Positions 1 through 13,335 of a stretch of 64,000 nt of DNA are shown here, piece after piece; position 1 is the first letter of the stretch, and every line of letters begins with the position of its first letter. Source of the stretch: Camelus dromedarius (Eukaryota); the NCBI RefSeq assembly GCF_036321535.1, contig NC_087437.1:61568001-61632000 (forward strand), read 5' to 3'. Made by a program: the position numbers and the translations under genes. The notes beneath the pieces were generated by a model, which saw only the letters and a program-made list of their open reading frames with translations, had not been told where the DNA came from and made no database searches.

Positions 1-680
1 TGTAAATTGGTGCAGCCACTGTGGAAAACAGTATAGAAGTTCCTTAAAAAACTAAAAATAGAATTACCATATAATCCAGCAATTCCACTCCTGAGTATGT
101 ATCTGGAAAAAACAAAGACACTAATTCAAGACACTGTGTACCCCAGTGTTCATAGCAGCACTATTTTCAATAGCCAAAACATGGAAGCAACCCAAGTGCT
201 CATCAATAGATGATTGGCTTAAGAAGATGTAGTGTGTGTATGAAATATAGTAGAATATATACAGTGGAATATTACTCAGCCATAAAAAGAATGAAATACT
301 GTCATTTGCAGCAGTGTGAATGGACCTAGAGAATGTTATGCCTTGTGAAATAAGTCAGAGGAAGACAATATATGATATCACTTTTATGCAGAATTTGAAA
401 AATATAAATGAATGTACATACAAAGCAGAAACAGACTCACAGACGTAGAAAACAAACTTGTGATTACAAAAGGGGAGGGGGAAGGAGCAAATTAGGGGTA
501 TGAGATTAATAGATACAGACTTATTATATACAAAATAGATAAGCAACAAGGATATATTGTATATTGTAACAACCTATAATGGAATATAATCTGCAAAAAT
601 ACTGAGTCACTGCTGTACATCTAAAACTAACACAATATTGTGTAAATCACCTATACTTTCACAGTATACAGTAAATAAAG
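1..680 (+). mobile_element. LINE-1 3' end (ORF2 C-terminus + 3' UTR), cut by window start, in a FYTTD1 intron
   Basis: L1 ORF2 C-terminal motifs (tgtaaattggtgcagccactgtggaaaacag; aagcaacccaagtg; gaatattactcagccataaaaa) followed by a laurasiatherian-type 3' UTR and AATAAA near 674. Confidence 0.9.
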
Positions 681-797
681 TAGCCCTCACACATTTGAAC
701 ATGTGTACAAGTCAAGATGTCTTGTATACCAAATGATTTATTTTTCTTCTTTTGATTGTTAAGCTGGTCTCATTTAATTTTAATTTTTTCCTAACAG

Positions 798-924
798 AAC
801 TCAGAAACCACGATTAACTCGTACTGCTGTACCCTCATTCTTGACAAAACGAGAGCAATCTGATGTAAAGAAAGTTCCTAAAGGTGTCCCCCTACAATTT
901 GACATAAATAGTGTTGGAAAACAG
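798..924 (+). CDS. FYTTD1: FYTTD1 (UAP56-interacting factor) penultimate coding exon
   Basis: Acceptor ...ctaacag at 797, donor gtaaat at 925; 127 nt reading (a)[42 protein letters not shown], which I recognise as the FYTTD1 C-terminus; known synteny upstream of LRCH3. Confidence 0.93.
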
Positions 925-1029
925 GTAAATTTTTTTTTCTGTATTTCTTTGGGCCAATCACTGAAAATATTTTAGTTCACAAAACAAATGTTGTATAATT
1001 AATTATATAGGGTGTCCTAACTTTCCTCA

Positions 1030-2120
1030 ATCCTAAGAAACCACTGGTCTATCTATTTTCTGTCTCCAGATTTGCCTATTTTGGACATTTCATATGAATG
1101 TTATCATGCAATATGTGAACTTTTGTGATGGGCTTTTTTCATTTAGCATAGTGTTTTCATGGTTTCTTTATAGTGTGTATCAGTATTTCATTTCTTTTTA
1201 TTGCTGAATAATGTTCCATCATATGGATATAACATTTATTTATCAGTTGATGGACATTGGGGCTGTTTCCATTCTTTAGCTATTGTCAGTCATGCTCCTC
1301 TGAACATTCATGTACATATGCTCATGCAAAAACCTGTACATTTATGTTTTTGTGTGAGTATATGTTTTTATTTCTCTTGGGAAATATCTAAGAGTGGAAT
1401 AACTAGATCATATTGTAACTATGTGTTTAACTTTTTGAGGAGGTACCAAATTGCCTTCCAAAGAAGTAGCTGTAGTACTATTCCTATCAACATGTTTAAA
1501 GGTTCTAAATTTCTCCATGTCTTTGTCAACATTTGTTATTACGTCACTTGATTGTAAACATTCAGATGCACATGAAGTGGTAAATCTCACACGGTTTTGA
1601 CAGTTTTTGTTTTAACCTTATATCTTGTAATCTTGCTAAAATTAGTAATTATATAGATTCCTTAGGATTTTCTATGTAAACAATTATGTTATTCTCCAAG
1701 TTTCTTTCCAATCTTTAAACTTTTTCTTTTTCTTATAATGGCCAGGACCTTCTGTACTATGTTGAGAGCATGTATGCTTGCCTTATTTCCAGGCTTGAGG
1801 AGAAAGCATTAAATTTCTCAGTGTTAAGTATGATGTTACCACTAGTTTGATTTTTGTTGTTTTTGTTTTTGGAAGGGAGTGGTAATTAGGTTTATTTACT
1901 TATTTTAATAGAGATACTGGGGATTGAACCCAGGACCTCATGCATGCTAAGCATGTGCTCTACCACTGAGCTTTATACCCTTTCCCCACCAGCAGGTTTT
2001 CAGTAGATTCTTTTTATCAGATTGAGGGAGTTCCCTTTCTATTAGTAATTTGCTGAGAATTTTTATCGTGAACGGGTGTTGCATTTTGTCAGATTTTTTT
2101 GTTTGTGTCCACTGACAGAA
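1030..2120 (-). mobile_element. Old L1M (L1MB-like) fragments, interrupted by a SINE
   Basis: Degenerate antisense L1 3' UTR/ORF2 motifs (tttgcctattttggacatttcatat; gttgatggacattggggctgtttcc; tgttaagtatgatgtt; attgagggagttccc). Confidence 0.7.
1871..1988 (-). mobile_element. tRNA-Ala-derived SINE (Vic-1-like)
   Basis: Reverse complement has a tRNA-Ala(AGC)-like head (agctcagtggtagagcacatgcttagcatgcatgaggtcctgggttcaatccccagta) plus the ...aaacctaattacc tail shared by all seven copies. Confidence 0.88.
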
Positions 2121-2708
2121 GAATCTGTGGAGTTGAAGATAAGTATGGAAAGAAATTTGACCAAATTTATTTTGCTTATTTTTATTTTATGACTTGTTAC
2201 TTTCCTTTCAGAAATGATGAAATGTAATTTGGGTGCTTTTTCTATCATTAATCAAAACCAGATTTTGATTTGAATTTGACTTAAATTTCTGTTATGAGCG
2301 CACCAAAATGCAAGAAAATTTGTTTCAAGATACAAGTCTAAAAAACTTTTATCAGAGGCATCTCTAGAGTTGGTGGCACTGTTTGCAGAGCCTAAAAATA
2401 ATTTAGATAGAGAAATTTTTGGATATATGACCTATAAGCATTATAATATATGTGTTTTATATAGTGTATAATGTAGGCATTATGGTGGTTAGGAGATAGG
2501 GATTCTGAGTCAAGTTTAAATTCTGGAACTCCAAGTGGGCAAGTTAACTAGCTTCTCTAAACTTCACCAGATTTACCTGTTTTGTATGGTTTTTGTTAGA
2601 ATTAAGTGAGTTCATACACCTGAATATTCAGGAAATGTTAGCTATTATTACTGTGAATTATGTTAACATAATTGTTTCAAAGTAAGGTGTGTCTTACAGT
2701 CAAGTTGT

Positions 2709-2711
<3 letters not shown>

Positions 2712-2740
<29 letters not shown>
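2712..2740 (+). repeat. (TTTTG)n tract forming the pyrimidine tract of the FYTTD1 last acceptor
   Basis: tttttgttttgttttgttttgttttgttt directly before ctgtag. Confidence 0.85.
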
Positions 2741-2746
2741 CTGTAG

Positions 2747-2845
2747 ACAGGGATGACTTTGAATGAGCGATTTGGGATCCTGAAGGAACAAAGAGCCACT
2801 CTTACTTTCAACAAAGGAGGAAGCCGCTTTGTAACCGTGGGATAG
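2747..2845 (+). CDS. FYTTD1: FYTTD1 last coding exon (to stop)
   Basis: Acceptor ctgtag at 2746; phase 0; [32 protein letters not shown] then TAG 2843-2845; in frame with the previous exon. Confidence 0.93.
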   Translation, partial: TGMTLNERFGILKEQRATLTFNKGGSRFVTVG

Positions 2846-5140
2846 ACCCGTGTCAAAGGGACTTTGGAGTGATGACTCTTAAAAGTTGAATTTCTTCGAG
2901 TTCATTACAGAAGTTTAAGAAACTTTATTTCAAGATATTCACAAGGCTAAATAACCTTTATTTTTATTTTTGAAGTTGTGTGTGTGTTTTTTTTAAACAT
3001 GTATAAAAAATGCCCTGAAAGAATTACAGGGAATATAACTATATGTTCTTAAAGATTTCATGGTTGGCTCAGACAGAACAATTCTCTATTTGACTTTTTT
3101 TGGTTCCTCATGCAGCAGAAAGAAAGCAGAAGGATAGAAAGTAATTATTTTTATGATAGTGATATTTAGGATCTCTTCATCTTTGCCCATTTTTTACCCT
3201 TGCCATGGTAAATCTTGGTCTTCAGAAATATGAGTAAGTCCCTTCGTTGCTGTCATTTATCCTTTAATAATGTTGATGTAATAAGTGCAGTTAACTTTAT
3301 TAGGGATATAAACAGTTTATTAGAATTTCAGTTTTCGAATTTAAGATTTATGGGAATATCTGGAACTTGATTCATTTTTCAGATAACTTCAGGTTAATCC
3401 TCCAGAGTTATAAATCTTTAATGCTGAACTTTTAACAAGAAATGTGACTCTAAGCATTAGTCTCAGTTCAAAATGTTGGTATTTGAAGGCTGTAAATTTG
3501 TGTTTAGAAAGTTATCTGTTAGAGCCTCAGAGGAGGAAGGTCCAACATAAAAATCTGACAATTTGTGTTTAGTAAATGAAGAAAACATGAAAGTAGTAGC
3601 AGGTGGAAGACAGGTAACTGAGGTGAAAAACTGTAAAACCTAGGTCATAGGTATACTGTTTGGATTTACTGTGTTTAGTCTAGGGTCCACAGATTCTTCA
3701 AATGATACTTAGAATAATTATAATTATTAAAATGAATTGAGTCCCTTAGATATTTTGATAGTAAAATTAGCCATAAAATCCCAGACTTCTTATTCAAAAA
3801 GTTATAAGCTTTTCAGTTTGCTAAATTAAACAGTGTACAGCAGCTCCAAAAATAAAAATATTCTTGTATATGTCATAAGGTAAAAAATGCAAAATGATAA
3901 TAGAGTTACATTGTAACCTTATTTTGTACCTTTGACTCTGATTTCTTGTATAAAGTTCAAGCAGTTTATGGTGAGAAAAGAGTTTTTCTCCCCCATACTC
4001 TGGAAGGTTAGGATGAGTTAGTTTGTTGTGCCAAGCTAGTGCTAAAAGTCCTCAGATGGTTATAGACTGTAAGTTGTGGTATAAAGGCAAAAGGCAGCAA
4101 AATATTCAAGCTACAGGTTACAGTTTTGGTCATTTTGAAGCTTAACTTTTTGGTTTGCTCTAATGTTAAAACCTCTAAGTAGGTGTTAGTTTCCCTACAG
4201 TGTATTAGTCTTGATTTTCCCTATATAAAATACAAAACAGAACATTGAGTTATGGCTCCTGCCTGCCTTGTGTATACTACATTGTTGTCTCTTATGCTTC
4301 TTGGGTTACTTGGTTTATTCTAGCCACGGAAAGCTATCAATAACAGTTTCATGCTTATACCAAAGAATTAAGTCTGATCCTTAATATCTGGTATTTTGCT
4401 TGTAAGTCTACTAATAAGGGGTTGTTGGAATCTAGTCAATTTGAAAATAAACTCTAGTCTCTCTTTAGGCCAAGAACTCATTGCAAAACATTTTTGCAAG
4501 TATGAATCCTTAGATTTGATCCATGGACAATTCATATTAGACTGGTTTAGAATTACTGGTAGCTTATTTTAAAGCAAAAGAAAAACAACTGAGCACGAGT
4601 TTGTGTCTTTAGAACAGTGTGTGAGAATATGCTATAAAGATGTTTTGTTTGTTGTTATTTTAAATATTGTACAGAGCTATTACTAATGCCTTTTTTGGGA
4701 AAACCTTAAAAATTGCCCCAAATATTAAGTGCATCAAAATGTCTTTGGTATATTAAACTTTTGCTCTTCATGCATCTGTAATTTCATTTTTTAAAATATA
4801 ATATCTTGCCTTTATTACAACCAAATTAAAATTCTTGAGTGTTAACATGTATATAAACAAAAGAATATGCTTTTGGAGGAAAATTTTCCTTTCTTGGAAT
4901 TTGGTTGTAGTCATCCTTTTTTCAGTTCTTAAAGTTTTTTTAAAAACAGGATGCAACTTAAAATTCCCTTTGCATCAAGGTGTATACAAAACATTGATGC
5001 AGTGCATCACAAAATGAAAGTTTGTACTTGATGAGGAGATGATTTACACTGTACTTTTTGGTGTTTTTTGGAAAAGTTACATTTAGATCTATTCTGAAGC
5101 TTTTCATTTTTAACAAATAAAATATTACAGGTCTCACATG
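2846..5140 (+). other. FYTTD1: FYTTD1 3' UTR (probable extent)
   Basis: Repeat-free AT-rich stretch after the stop codon, ending at an AATAAA with downstream GT-rich sequence; exact end inferred. Confidence 0.6.
5116..5121 (+). terminator. Candidate FYTTD1 polyadenylation signal
   Basis: AATAAA, T-rich upstream sequence, GT-rich downstream element (gttgtggtttttagattgttgtgtt ~5166-5190); other AATAAA hexamers exist near 3851, 4446 and 5514. Confidence 0.6.
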
Positions 5141-8100
5141 ATTTATTCTTAGCTGTAAAGATTGAGTTGTGGTTTTTAGATTGTTGTGTTACAAAGAACT
5201 TCGTAGTGACTATAATTTTTAGGGTTTGAAAAGCTACCTACCAATTAAATTGGTAAATCAGTCTACATTCATATTGGCATCCCATTAATTGTCTTTGCCT
5301 ATTTCATTCATAGCTCCAACAGGAACTAGCCAGGAGGAGTTAAAATAGAGAATTGAATTTACTTAGAATGCAAAATATTAGGCTGGGTGAGCATTTAGAG
5401 ATCATCCAGTTTAACCCTTCTTTTTACCTCTTGATTCAGTGAGACCCAGCTTTTCAAGACTTGTGTGTGGCAGAGTCATCTTTTAAGCTCAGATCTTTTA
5501 ATTCTCAATGCATAATAAACTGTTCCTATGAATTGAACACCAACAGAAAGTAGTGGAATGGTGTGTGGCTTGTCAGATCTCTTAAGAAGTGGTAGCAGCT
5601 ATGCTTTAGCATTTATAGCATGGTAAGTAAATATACTCTGCCAGTGATGATTATGAGATTTCATCACTTTGGTATTCAAGTTAGGTAGGCTAATTAGAAA
5701 AGACCAGTGTTCCTAATCAGACATTACATATTTTTTCCTAATAGACATAAACTTTACTACAGTTTTAATTATAAGCAAGTATTTATAAAATACTTGTAAG
5801 TGTGAAGAAACTTAAGAGACTTTATTGCCCAATTGTTATTTTTTGTTGCAATAGGTATATATGTATATCATATTTTGCTGTCAATAGCTTTAAATTCACA
5901 CGACATGCACAGTGTTAGGATAATTTTTGTTCTGATTTATATTTACTGTAAGGAGATAAGAGTGAAGAAATAGCTGACTTTGCACTTCAGAGAATGAATA
6001 CCATATGAATGCAGGCAGTATTAGGACAAAATGATGTCTTCATTTCTGATCAATATACCTTTGAACTTTCATGAGAGTTACATGATTATTTGTGTTTTGC
6101 CTCTGTTAAAAAAAATTAAACGTGATTTAAGCTTTCCTTAAAAGCGAGTTCTTTTTGCATAGATCAATTTGGAGGTAGCCCTTTTTTTTGAAATGACACT
6201 AATAAATCCCAAGCATTTACAACAAGAATTTTGGGCTACTGTGGGCTGTTGATAGGGACTTAAAGATTTGTATATAAATTGTTGACTTGTAATGTCTCTT
6301 TTTTTCCTCTGCCATTACAAATTACTTTGTATCCAAAATCTATTCAACAAAAAGCATGATAAAGCAAGGAAATGTGATACTATTCTGGAACTGAAATTCC
6401 TTTTTCTCAGTGTATTCAGATGAGGTTTACTGATGTTTAAAGATGAATAGGAAACTATTTCCCTAGAGTGCATGTGTTTAATTTCTATTTCCATTTTCCT
6501 CTAATGAGAAGGAAATCACATTGTTTAAATTTTCTTACATAAATTTTTAAAAAGTCAATTATTAATACTTCTTATTAAAGGAGTCAGAAAGGGAAGGGAA
6601 TATATTCAACAAACCAGTTTCTGTGCTTTATATTTGAAGAGAATGGGATTGGTGAAGATTTTAATCCTACTGCTTTGAGTTTATAAAGTTTGGAATCTTA
6701 AAGGAGTGACCATAATGTATTTATAGTGAGTAAAAGCAGAGAAAGGGCTTTATTTCTCCATAAGATGAGATGAAGAGCTGGAGAGAGGTATTGAGATTTG
6801 AGTAAAACTTCTGCTCCTGGAAGTCAGTAAACTTTCTACCTGTAAAATACACAGGAAGAAGCAGGGAAATTTTCTGTGTTAATTCCAAACAGTAATCCCG
6901 ATTGCCTATCTTTTCATGTTTCCAGACCACGAAGCAGTAATGGAGTAGGTTATAGATCCCTGTAGTTTTTTTGCTCACAGCCCTATTTGCAACTGTTTCT
7001 CATCACTTCTTTTATTCATCACTAGACTCTGGTTAACTCCCTACAATGACTCCATTTCCTAAACCTCATTCTCACAGGATGATCTTGTCCCTTGCTTTAT
7101 GGAGAAGACTGAAGGATAGGATGAGAATTTCCTCATATTCTACCCTTACTTTATAGATGAAATTTCAAATCCTTGAAAGTCTCAAAATTACCTCCTTGAT
7201 CTATCTTTTCTTCTAGCTTTTTTTTTTTTTTTTTTTTTACCTAGGACTTGTTTTCATATAATGGTGTATATATAGCGTCTTCATTTTTCCTGTATCCACA
7301 AGGCCTTTGTTTTGGCCTTCAAATATCTACACACTTAATGTACCCTTAATGTTCTCAAGAATTACAATTCTTTTTTTTTCTCCCAACCATCTCTCCTGTG
7401 TTAGTACATAACTCATCTCCTATCTCTGCTTCTTTCCACTCATTCTTACTGTTTTTAAACTCCTATTGCTATACTCAGCCCTAGGTTATGGAAGATAACT
7501 ATAGGGTTTAACATTAAGGACCTTAATCTAGTTGAATAGATAAAGTAACGTCAATATATAAACTTGGTCAGAAGTTCGGAGACCAGGATTTGCATGATGT
7601 GTTGCAGTTATGAGATATGCAGGTAGATAGGAAGAATGAGGCCATATTATGGAGAACTCGTAAGGAGAATTTAGTGTAAATGTGGAAGGTAGTAGGTAAT
7701 CATAGATGACAGTTGTGCATTTTAGGTATCTGGCAGCTATTTCTATAGCAATGTGTTAATATGGAATATATGGTTGCACTTTTAGTTGTGGTTGAAATTG
7801 CTCTAAAAAATATAAAGTGAGGTCTTGGTCTCAAATAGCTTTAAGTCTTTCTAAGAATAACAAAATTTTTAGGAAGTCCCGAATAGCAAAAACCAATTTA
7901 TGCATTGGATAAATGTTCCTAGGGATGACAAATATATCCTTTGCCATTGTTTATAACTGACATTGACTATGGAACTTGTCACTGAAGAACCTAGAACATA
8001 GTAGTAAAAGTTCACAAAACAACTCTTACTACTATAAGATTAGCCTTAACATTGAGATTAAACCTTTTAACAATCTCTTCCATTTAGTCGTTGGGGAAAG

Positions 8101-9390
8101 TGCTAACCAAGGCTTCATTGAAGAGTTGGATCTTGAATGATGGGTAGAACCTCTCCAACCTTTCTTTTGCTATCTGACATGAACTTTTTGGCTGTGGCAA
8201 TGTTCTCCACATGTACCATTATAAATCATCCCTGGATGTGTTCATGCTGATACGCCTCCCAGTCTGGATTATTGCTCTCATCTTCTAGCATATCCCACTT
8301 CAGAATCCTTCAGATTTGCTTAAAAACCTCATTCATCCGTCATACACTAGATTCCTTTTCTCTGAATTCTGATGGATAATCCCCACAATCCTTACTCAAC
8401 CCCCACCTTTTTTTTTTTTTTTTTTTTGCAGTTTTAATCTCTAATTGGTATATTTGTCTGGATTCCATAATTAGATAATCTAGGAAGAGGATTGTATCTG
8501 ACAGCCTATTTCCTACAGTAGATACTAGTTGATTGTCGGGGACAATTACATCATGTAGCAGGAATGACTTAGATGTGTGAAACCATATGCTGAAGGCCGG
8601 GAGCAATGTAAGGTCTAATTGGTTTAAAATGAAGTGGTATATTCTACTTTTCCAGTAACTGAGTGGTTTTTCTTTTTCTCTTTCTTTTTTAACCATTTCT
8701 TCAGTCTGTCTTTAATTCACACATGTAGATTATAGCCAGATCATTTTCTCTTCCTTAATTTTGGTTCCAGACCAAAATTTTAGACTTTAATGCCGTTCAT
8801 CCAGCTTTGTTCAACAATATTGCCTAAAGGGCAATTGCTATTTAGGATGTTTGTTTTATGTTCGTTAAGAGGCTGTTTTGTCAAACGGAGGGTCTAAAAT
8901 ATTTGTGTAACCCTTTCAATGAAAATTATGATATTTGGGAGCCAGGTTAATACTCATTTTTCCCTCGGGCGACAATAGTTAATAAATCCCCAAGTCTCCA
9001 TTTAGATCGTTTGGTTCACAGGATGACAGAAGTCAGGAAACATTTTGGGTCATATCTCAGGGTCTCCTCACTGCCTAAGTTTGTGGCAGCAACGATATTT
9101 AGAAGACTAGACTTAATGTTTAATCCTCCAGTACTGAGGCAGGAAGGTAGAGAAGTTTTGGTGAGGAGCGTTATCCGAAAGATATTTTTGTAGTGGCCTA
9201 TTAGGAAGGTTACTGGGAGCCTAAAGTAGGGACCTGCTCCAGATTTGTGAGTTCCATTTTAATTTCCCTTGAAAACCTTGATGTGGGCGGAGGCAAGAGC
9301 CTAGTTGTGCCGAGGGGCACCGCAAACCTGTCCATCAAGGGGATCGTCCGGGGTCTGTGCGCCCCTTTCCCCGCCCACCCATCATCTGGC

Positions 9391-9402
9391 TGCGCATGCG
9401 CC
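9391..9402. promoter_or_regulatory. NRF1 binding motif
   Basis: TGCGCATGCGCC closely matches the NRF1 consensus YGCGCAYGCGCR, about 35-45 nt upstream of the ATG. Confidence 0.7.
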
Positions 9403-9435
9403 GAGCCGGCGGGCCGGAGAGTTGTCGGCTGGGAA

Positions 9436-9694
9436 ATGGCGGCCACGGGCTTGGTCTCTGTGGCCACGGCTGCAGAGTACTCTGGCCCAGGAGCGTCGGG
9501 AGGGAACCTCTCCTCTAACTGTGGCCCAAACTCCGGGGCAGGTCCTGGTCCTGGCCCGGGCTCTTGGAGCCGCTCCCTCGACCGAGCGCTGGAGGAGGCG
9601 GCGGTAACCGGGGTGCTGAGCCTGAGCGGCCGGAAACTGAGGGAGTTTCCCCGGGGAGCGGCCAACCACGACCTGACAGACACCACCCGGGCGG
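9436..9694 (+). CDS. LRCH3: LRCH3 coding exon 1
   Basis: ATG in strong context (gaaATGg); MAATGLVSVATAAEYSG...WSRSLDRALEEAAVTGVLSLSGRKLREFPRGAANHDLTDTTRA+G; donor gtgagt at 9695 (phase 1). Confidence 0.95.
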
Positions 9695-12419
9695 GTGAGT
9701 GGGGCAGGGGGCATCCCTGCCGATCGGAGGCCCTGGGCGCGGCTGGAGGCCGCCCCAGCCGGTGAGGGGAAATCGCCAGTAGTTACAGTAACTGGTCCCG
9801 TAACTCCTGGATGGTTCCCGGGTAACGGGGAGAAGCTGACTGCCCCAACCCACCCAGCCCCAGAGCCTGCGGGCCAGACCCTGAGCCTGCGGCGAGGCGG
9901 ACAGCAGCCTCTCGGGGAAGAGGCCCGTAGAGGATTGATGGGTAGTGTTTTACTCTCCTAGAAAATTAACTTCCCCAGCTGCTGAGGTAGACCCTTGCCC
10001 CGCCCCGGTTTCTACAGGCCCTTTCGGATTTGGGATGCCAAATTTACTTCACTAAGATTTGGGATTGTAGCGCGCTCTTAATAGATCAACGTAGCATTGG
10101 TCGCTGCATTGTCAGGAAAGTATGACTCTCAGCTCTGGCTTTTTTTCAGGAGTTGTTTTTAATGTGAACCCAAACACTTTTAACTTTTCTTTCTCCTCTT
10201 CATCTAGCTGGCTTACTACAAGTATTTGTAAAAAATAATAGGAACCCACCTTCAGACTCCCATTACTTTCCTCTCTCCTCATGGCCACCACCAAGAAGTT
10301 GAAGAAAACTGTTTAGAAAAGATATGTAGATTGCCTACCCTATCTGTATTTAATGCTTTTTAGAAACAAACATTACTTTGTTTTATACATATTTTTGAAC
10401 ACAGATAAGGTAAGAAATGAGATATATTTGGTTTTCTTAGTTGGAGAGTACAATGTCTGGTGACTAAGGTGTTCAACGTGTTTCTCTTGTGTTTAAAATG
10501 TTGCTTCCTCAGGGGGTTGATTAAAAACAATCTATTCATTCTTATACAAATAAAAAGGAGGGAAAAAAATCCCTTACGTATAGTATAGTATGATGTACTT
10601 AAATATTTTATTTTCACACAGTGTATTTGCAGCCATAGAATGTGTAGTACTTTGTGTGTTATATTTATTACATTTTATTTATTTTATTTTAAAATCTCTT
10701 ATTTAACACCTTTCCTATGTTTGTCCACTCTAAAGGTTGGTAAGTATTACATATGATTCACCCATGTTAGAAAAATAAACAGAACTGTTAAACTACTTCA
10801 AGAAACTGTTCTTTCCAAAGAAACTTCTGCTATCATGTAAAATGAAAATCAAATGCCTACTTGTTTAGCCTCTTATTGGAAACAGTTGTACTGAATATAG
10901 TTTGTATTTTTTAGTGAATGGTATTAAAATTAAACTTCCTTGCTAATGTAGATATGAACAGCCACTTGCCTTTTGCATGTGTTCTGAGAGACAACATCTA
11001 ATATTGTCATTCATACCCAGATTTCATGATTCTGTTCAGGAAATTGCTATATGGCATATGGTTTAGGAGATGGGTAGCATAGTTATTTCATATTGGTGTG
11101 AGTCATTTCAATATTACTACATTAAGCCTGAAGTTAAAGAACAAGTTGATTCCAGGAGTTTATCTAGTTTGTTATCTTACCTGCTTTTAAATAGTTCTAG
11201 GACCAATGTCTTTTGCCTTTAAGAAATATGTTATTAACAAAGAAACCCAAGGGCATTTATGAAGAATAATAGGTAGTCCCAATGAATTTTTCCCTAACTA
11301 TGCTCTGAATTTTTAGTTTATTATCCATACTTAGTTACTTAATATTTTATAAACCAAATTATTTGTTGGTTGACATTTTATCTGGTCAAAAAGTAAACAA
11401 GAAAAGAAAAAGATTATGAGGTATTTTATAACCTATTAGACTAGATTCACCTCTAACATGTTAGAAATATCACTTACTAAGTATAAGAAGTCTTTGGCAG
11501 ATCTTGGTAAATACAAAAATACTGAATTATTTTAAATAGATAATTTGATGTGAAAAACATCAATGATTGAGTTTTCACTGTTTACTATTCATTGTGGTAG
11601 GTGTTTTAAAATACATCTCCTTGTTAAATGCTTAACAACCAATGGATTAAATATTATTATCCCAAATTTACATATGAGGAATCACTCAGAGAGAGTCATA
11701 TAAATAGTATTAGTGGTAGAATACTACCTGAATCTATCTTACTAATTTTCTCTCCACTGTACAACAGAGCCTTCTTACGTATAGATAGATATTATCATTC
11801 TTGTTTTTACAGATAATGAAACCAGAGTTTGGAGAGATAATTTGCTCAAAGACCTGTAGCTAATGGCCAAGGAAAGTGGTGTTAGCCAGGATTTGATGAA
11901 ATCCTGTTTAACTCCAAAACTATAGTCTACCTATTACACTAGGTACTTTGAATTCAGACATAACTTATGTTAGCTAAAATGTTCTGTTTAGACCCTACAG
12001 GAAACTTAAAGCCAAGAAAATTATTTGAATGATATATTTATCAAAGTTACCACACAGTCTGTTCTTTTTTAATGTATAGAATGTATCTGGTGGAGCTGCT
12101 GTCTTTCAAGAGTTTTCATTTTAAGTAACAGCACATATTACCCATACTGTTTATAATTTGACATGATTAGAATTCATCATGCAACATTTTCTTAAGGTTT
12201 TTCCCTCCTGTTTGTTTTAAAAGGTAGATCTCTAGAAAGGGAGAAATATTTGGGAATGGATGACTTGATCTAGTGGACAAGGAATATTTTAAAAGAAATC
12301 ACAAAAGACTTTTGGGGGCAGAAAGCTTGTAGCTTGGATTTAGGGAGGCAGAAATGAGAATGACAGCTATTCTAGGCAGTGGAATGAATCCCACATTGAC
12401 ACAGGGGTGTGGCCATGAT

Positions 12420-12812
12420 GCAGGACTATCCAGTCAGTGTAGTCCATCCCTCTGGCAACAGTGATGGTTCAGAGATGGACACATTTTCCAGTAAGCACAC
12501 AAGAGTGTAAATTCTGAATTTTTTATTGGAACTATTGAGAAAGAGGCATACTTTGAACCCTGGGGTTGCTAAGAGAACAGAATATGAGTCTAGAACTTGG
12601 CAATAAATTGAAAGTGGAGCCAAAAGATGGAAGGAGTGAGGCCAAGTTCTCATGATAGTGTTTGAACCTTTGGATCTGTTTGAACCCTTGGATCAGTAGC
12701 CAGACCTTAAGTTAGTGGTATCCTTGGACTTTCAAATTATGCAAGCTAATAAATTCCCTTTCCTGCTTAATTTGAGTAGACTTTTTGATACAAAATAAGA
12801 GTCCTGACTAAT
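12420..12812 (+). mobile_element. MLT1-type (MaLR) solo LTR, old
   Basis: 3' motifs aataaattccctttcctgcttaa...agagtcctgactaata typical of MLT1 LTR ends. Confidence 0.6.
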
Positions 12813-13272
12813 ATAGTGAGACTGCTCTTTATGAAGTTGTGGGGAGGCCAGTCTAATCAGAATAAGTGGTTCGATTAGAGAATATAAGAGCTACCTTTTG
12901 CATTTGAGGCAGCTAGATTATGGGTTTGGAGACAGGGAGACTATTCAGTAGTCAAATGTCAAATGTTTATTGACTAAGGGATTTGGGCAGATGTAGATAT
13001 ACAAAGGGGACCAAAATACTCCCTGTCCTTGAAGAATTTAAGGGATCTAGTGGAGGAGTAAACAGCTGTAAAGATTTTGAGTTGTCTAATAATAATAAAA
13101 CTTTTATGTGCAAGGCATTATGCTAGATAATATAGTGGAAACAAAAATAAGAGAGTCTAATCTGTAAGCATTAAAAATCTAGTACTCTGGTTGAGTAGCT
13201 GTGATAACAGTCCAGGAATGAAAAACAGTCAGAGTTCATACTGGAAAATAAAAATGTATAAATGCTGACTGA

Positions 13273-13274
13273 AT

Positions 13275-13333
<59 letters not shown>

Positions 13334-13335
13334 TT
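13273..13335. repeat. (ATTT)n microsatellite, about 15 units
   Basis: Perfect tetranucleotide run visible. Confidence 0.95.

Larger units (their letters stand above)
9280..9930. promoter_or_regulatory. LRCH3: LRCH3 CpG island / TATA-less promoter
   Basis: Abrupt GC- and CpG-rich segment; GC boxes (gggcggagg ~9285, ccccgccc ~9369); spans exon 1 and the start of intron 1. Confidence 0.88.

Noticed and set aside
1..40. Window start matches the 5' truncation point of the L1 at ~63097, suggesting a 63-kb duplication or circularity
   Set aside because: The two L1s diverge substantially and have different 3' UTRs; the first is simply cut by the window edge
9247..9435. 63-codon in-frame open stretch upstream of the LRCH3 ATG
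   Set aside because: Starts at GTG, runs through promoter motifs that probably lie upstream of the TSS, and open frames are common in GC-rich DNA
9210..9961. Several overlapping sense and antisense ORFs (88-158 aa) over the CpG island
   Set aside because: Low-complexity Pro/Arg/Gly/Ala products expected from stop-poor GC-rich sequence; no recognisable protein
12659..12694. 18-bp tandem duplication (similar short ones near 14967-15025 and 19141-19171)
   Set aside because: Ordinary slippage duplications inside decayed repeats; no spacer-repeat array structure
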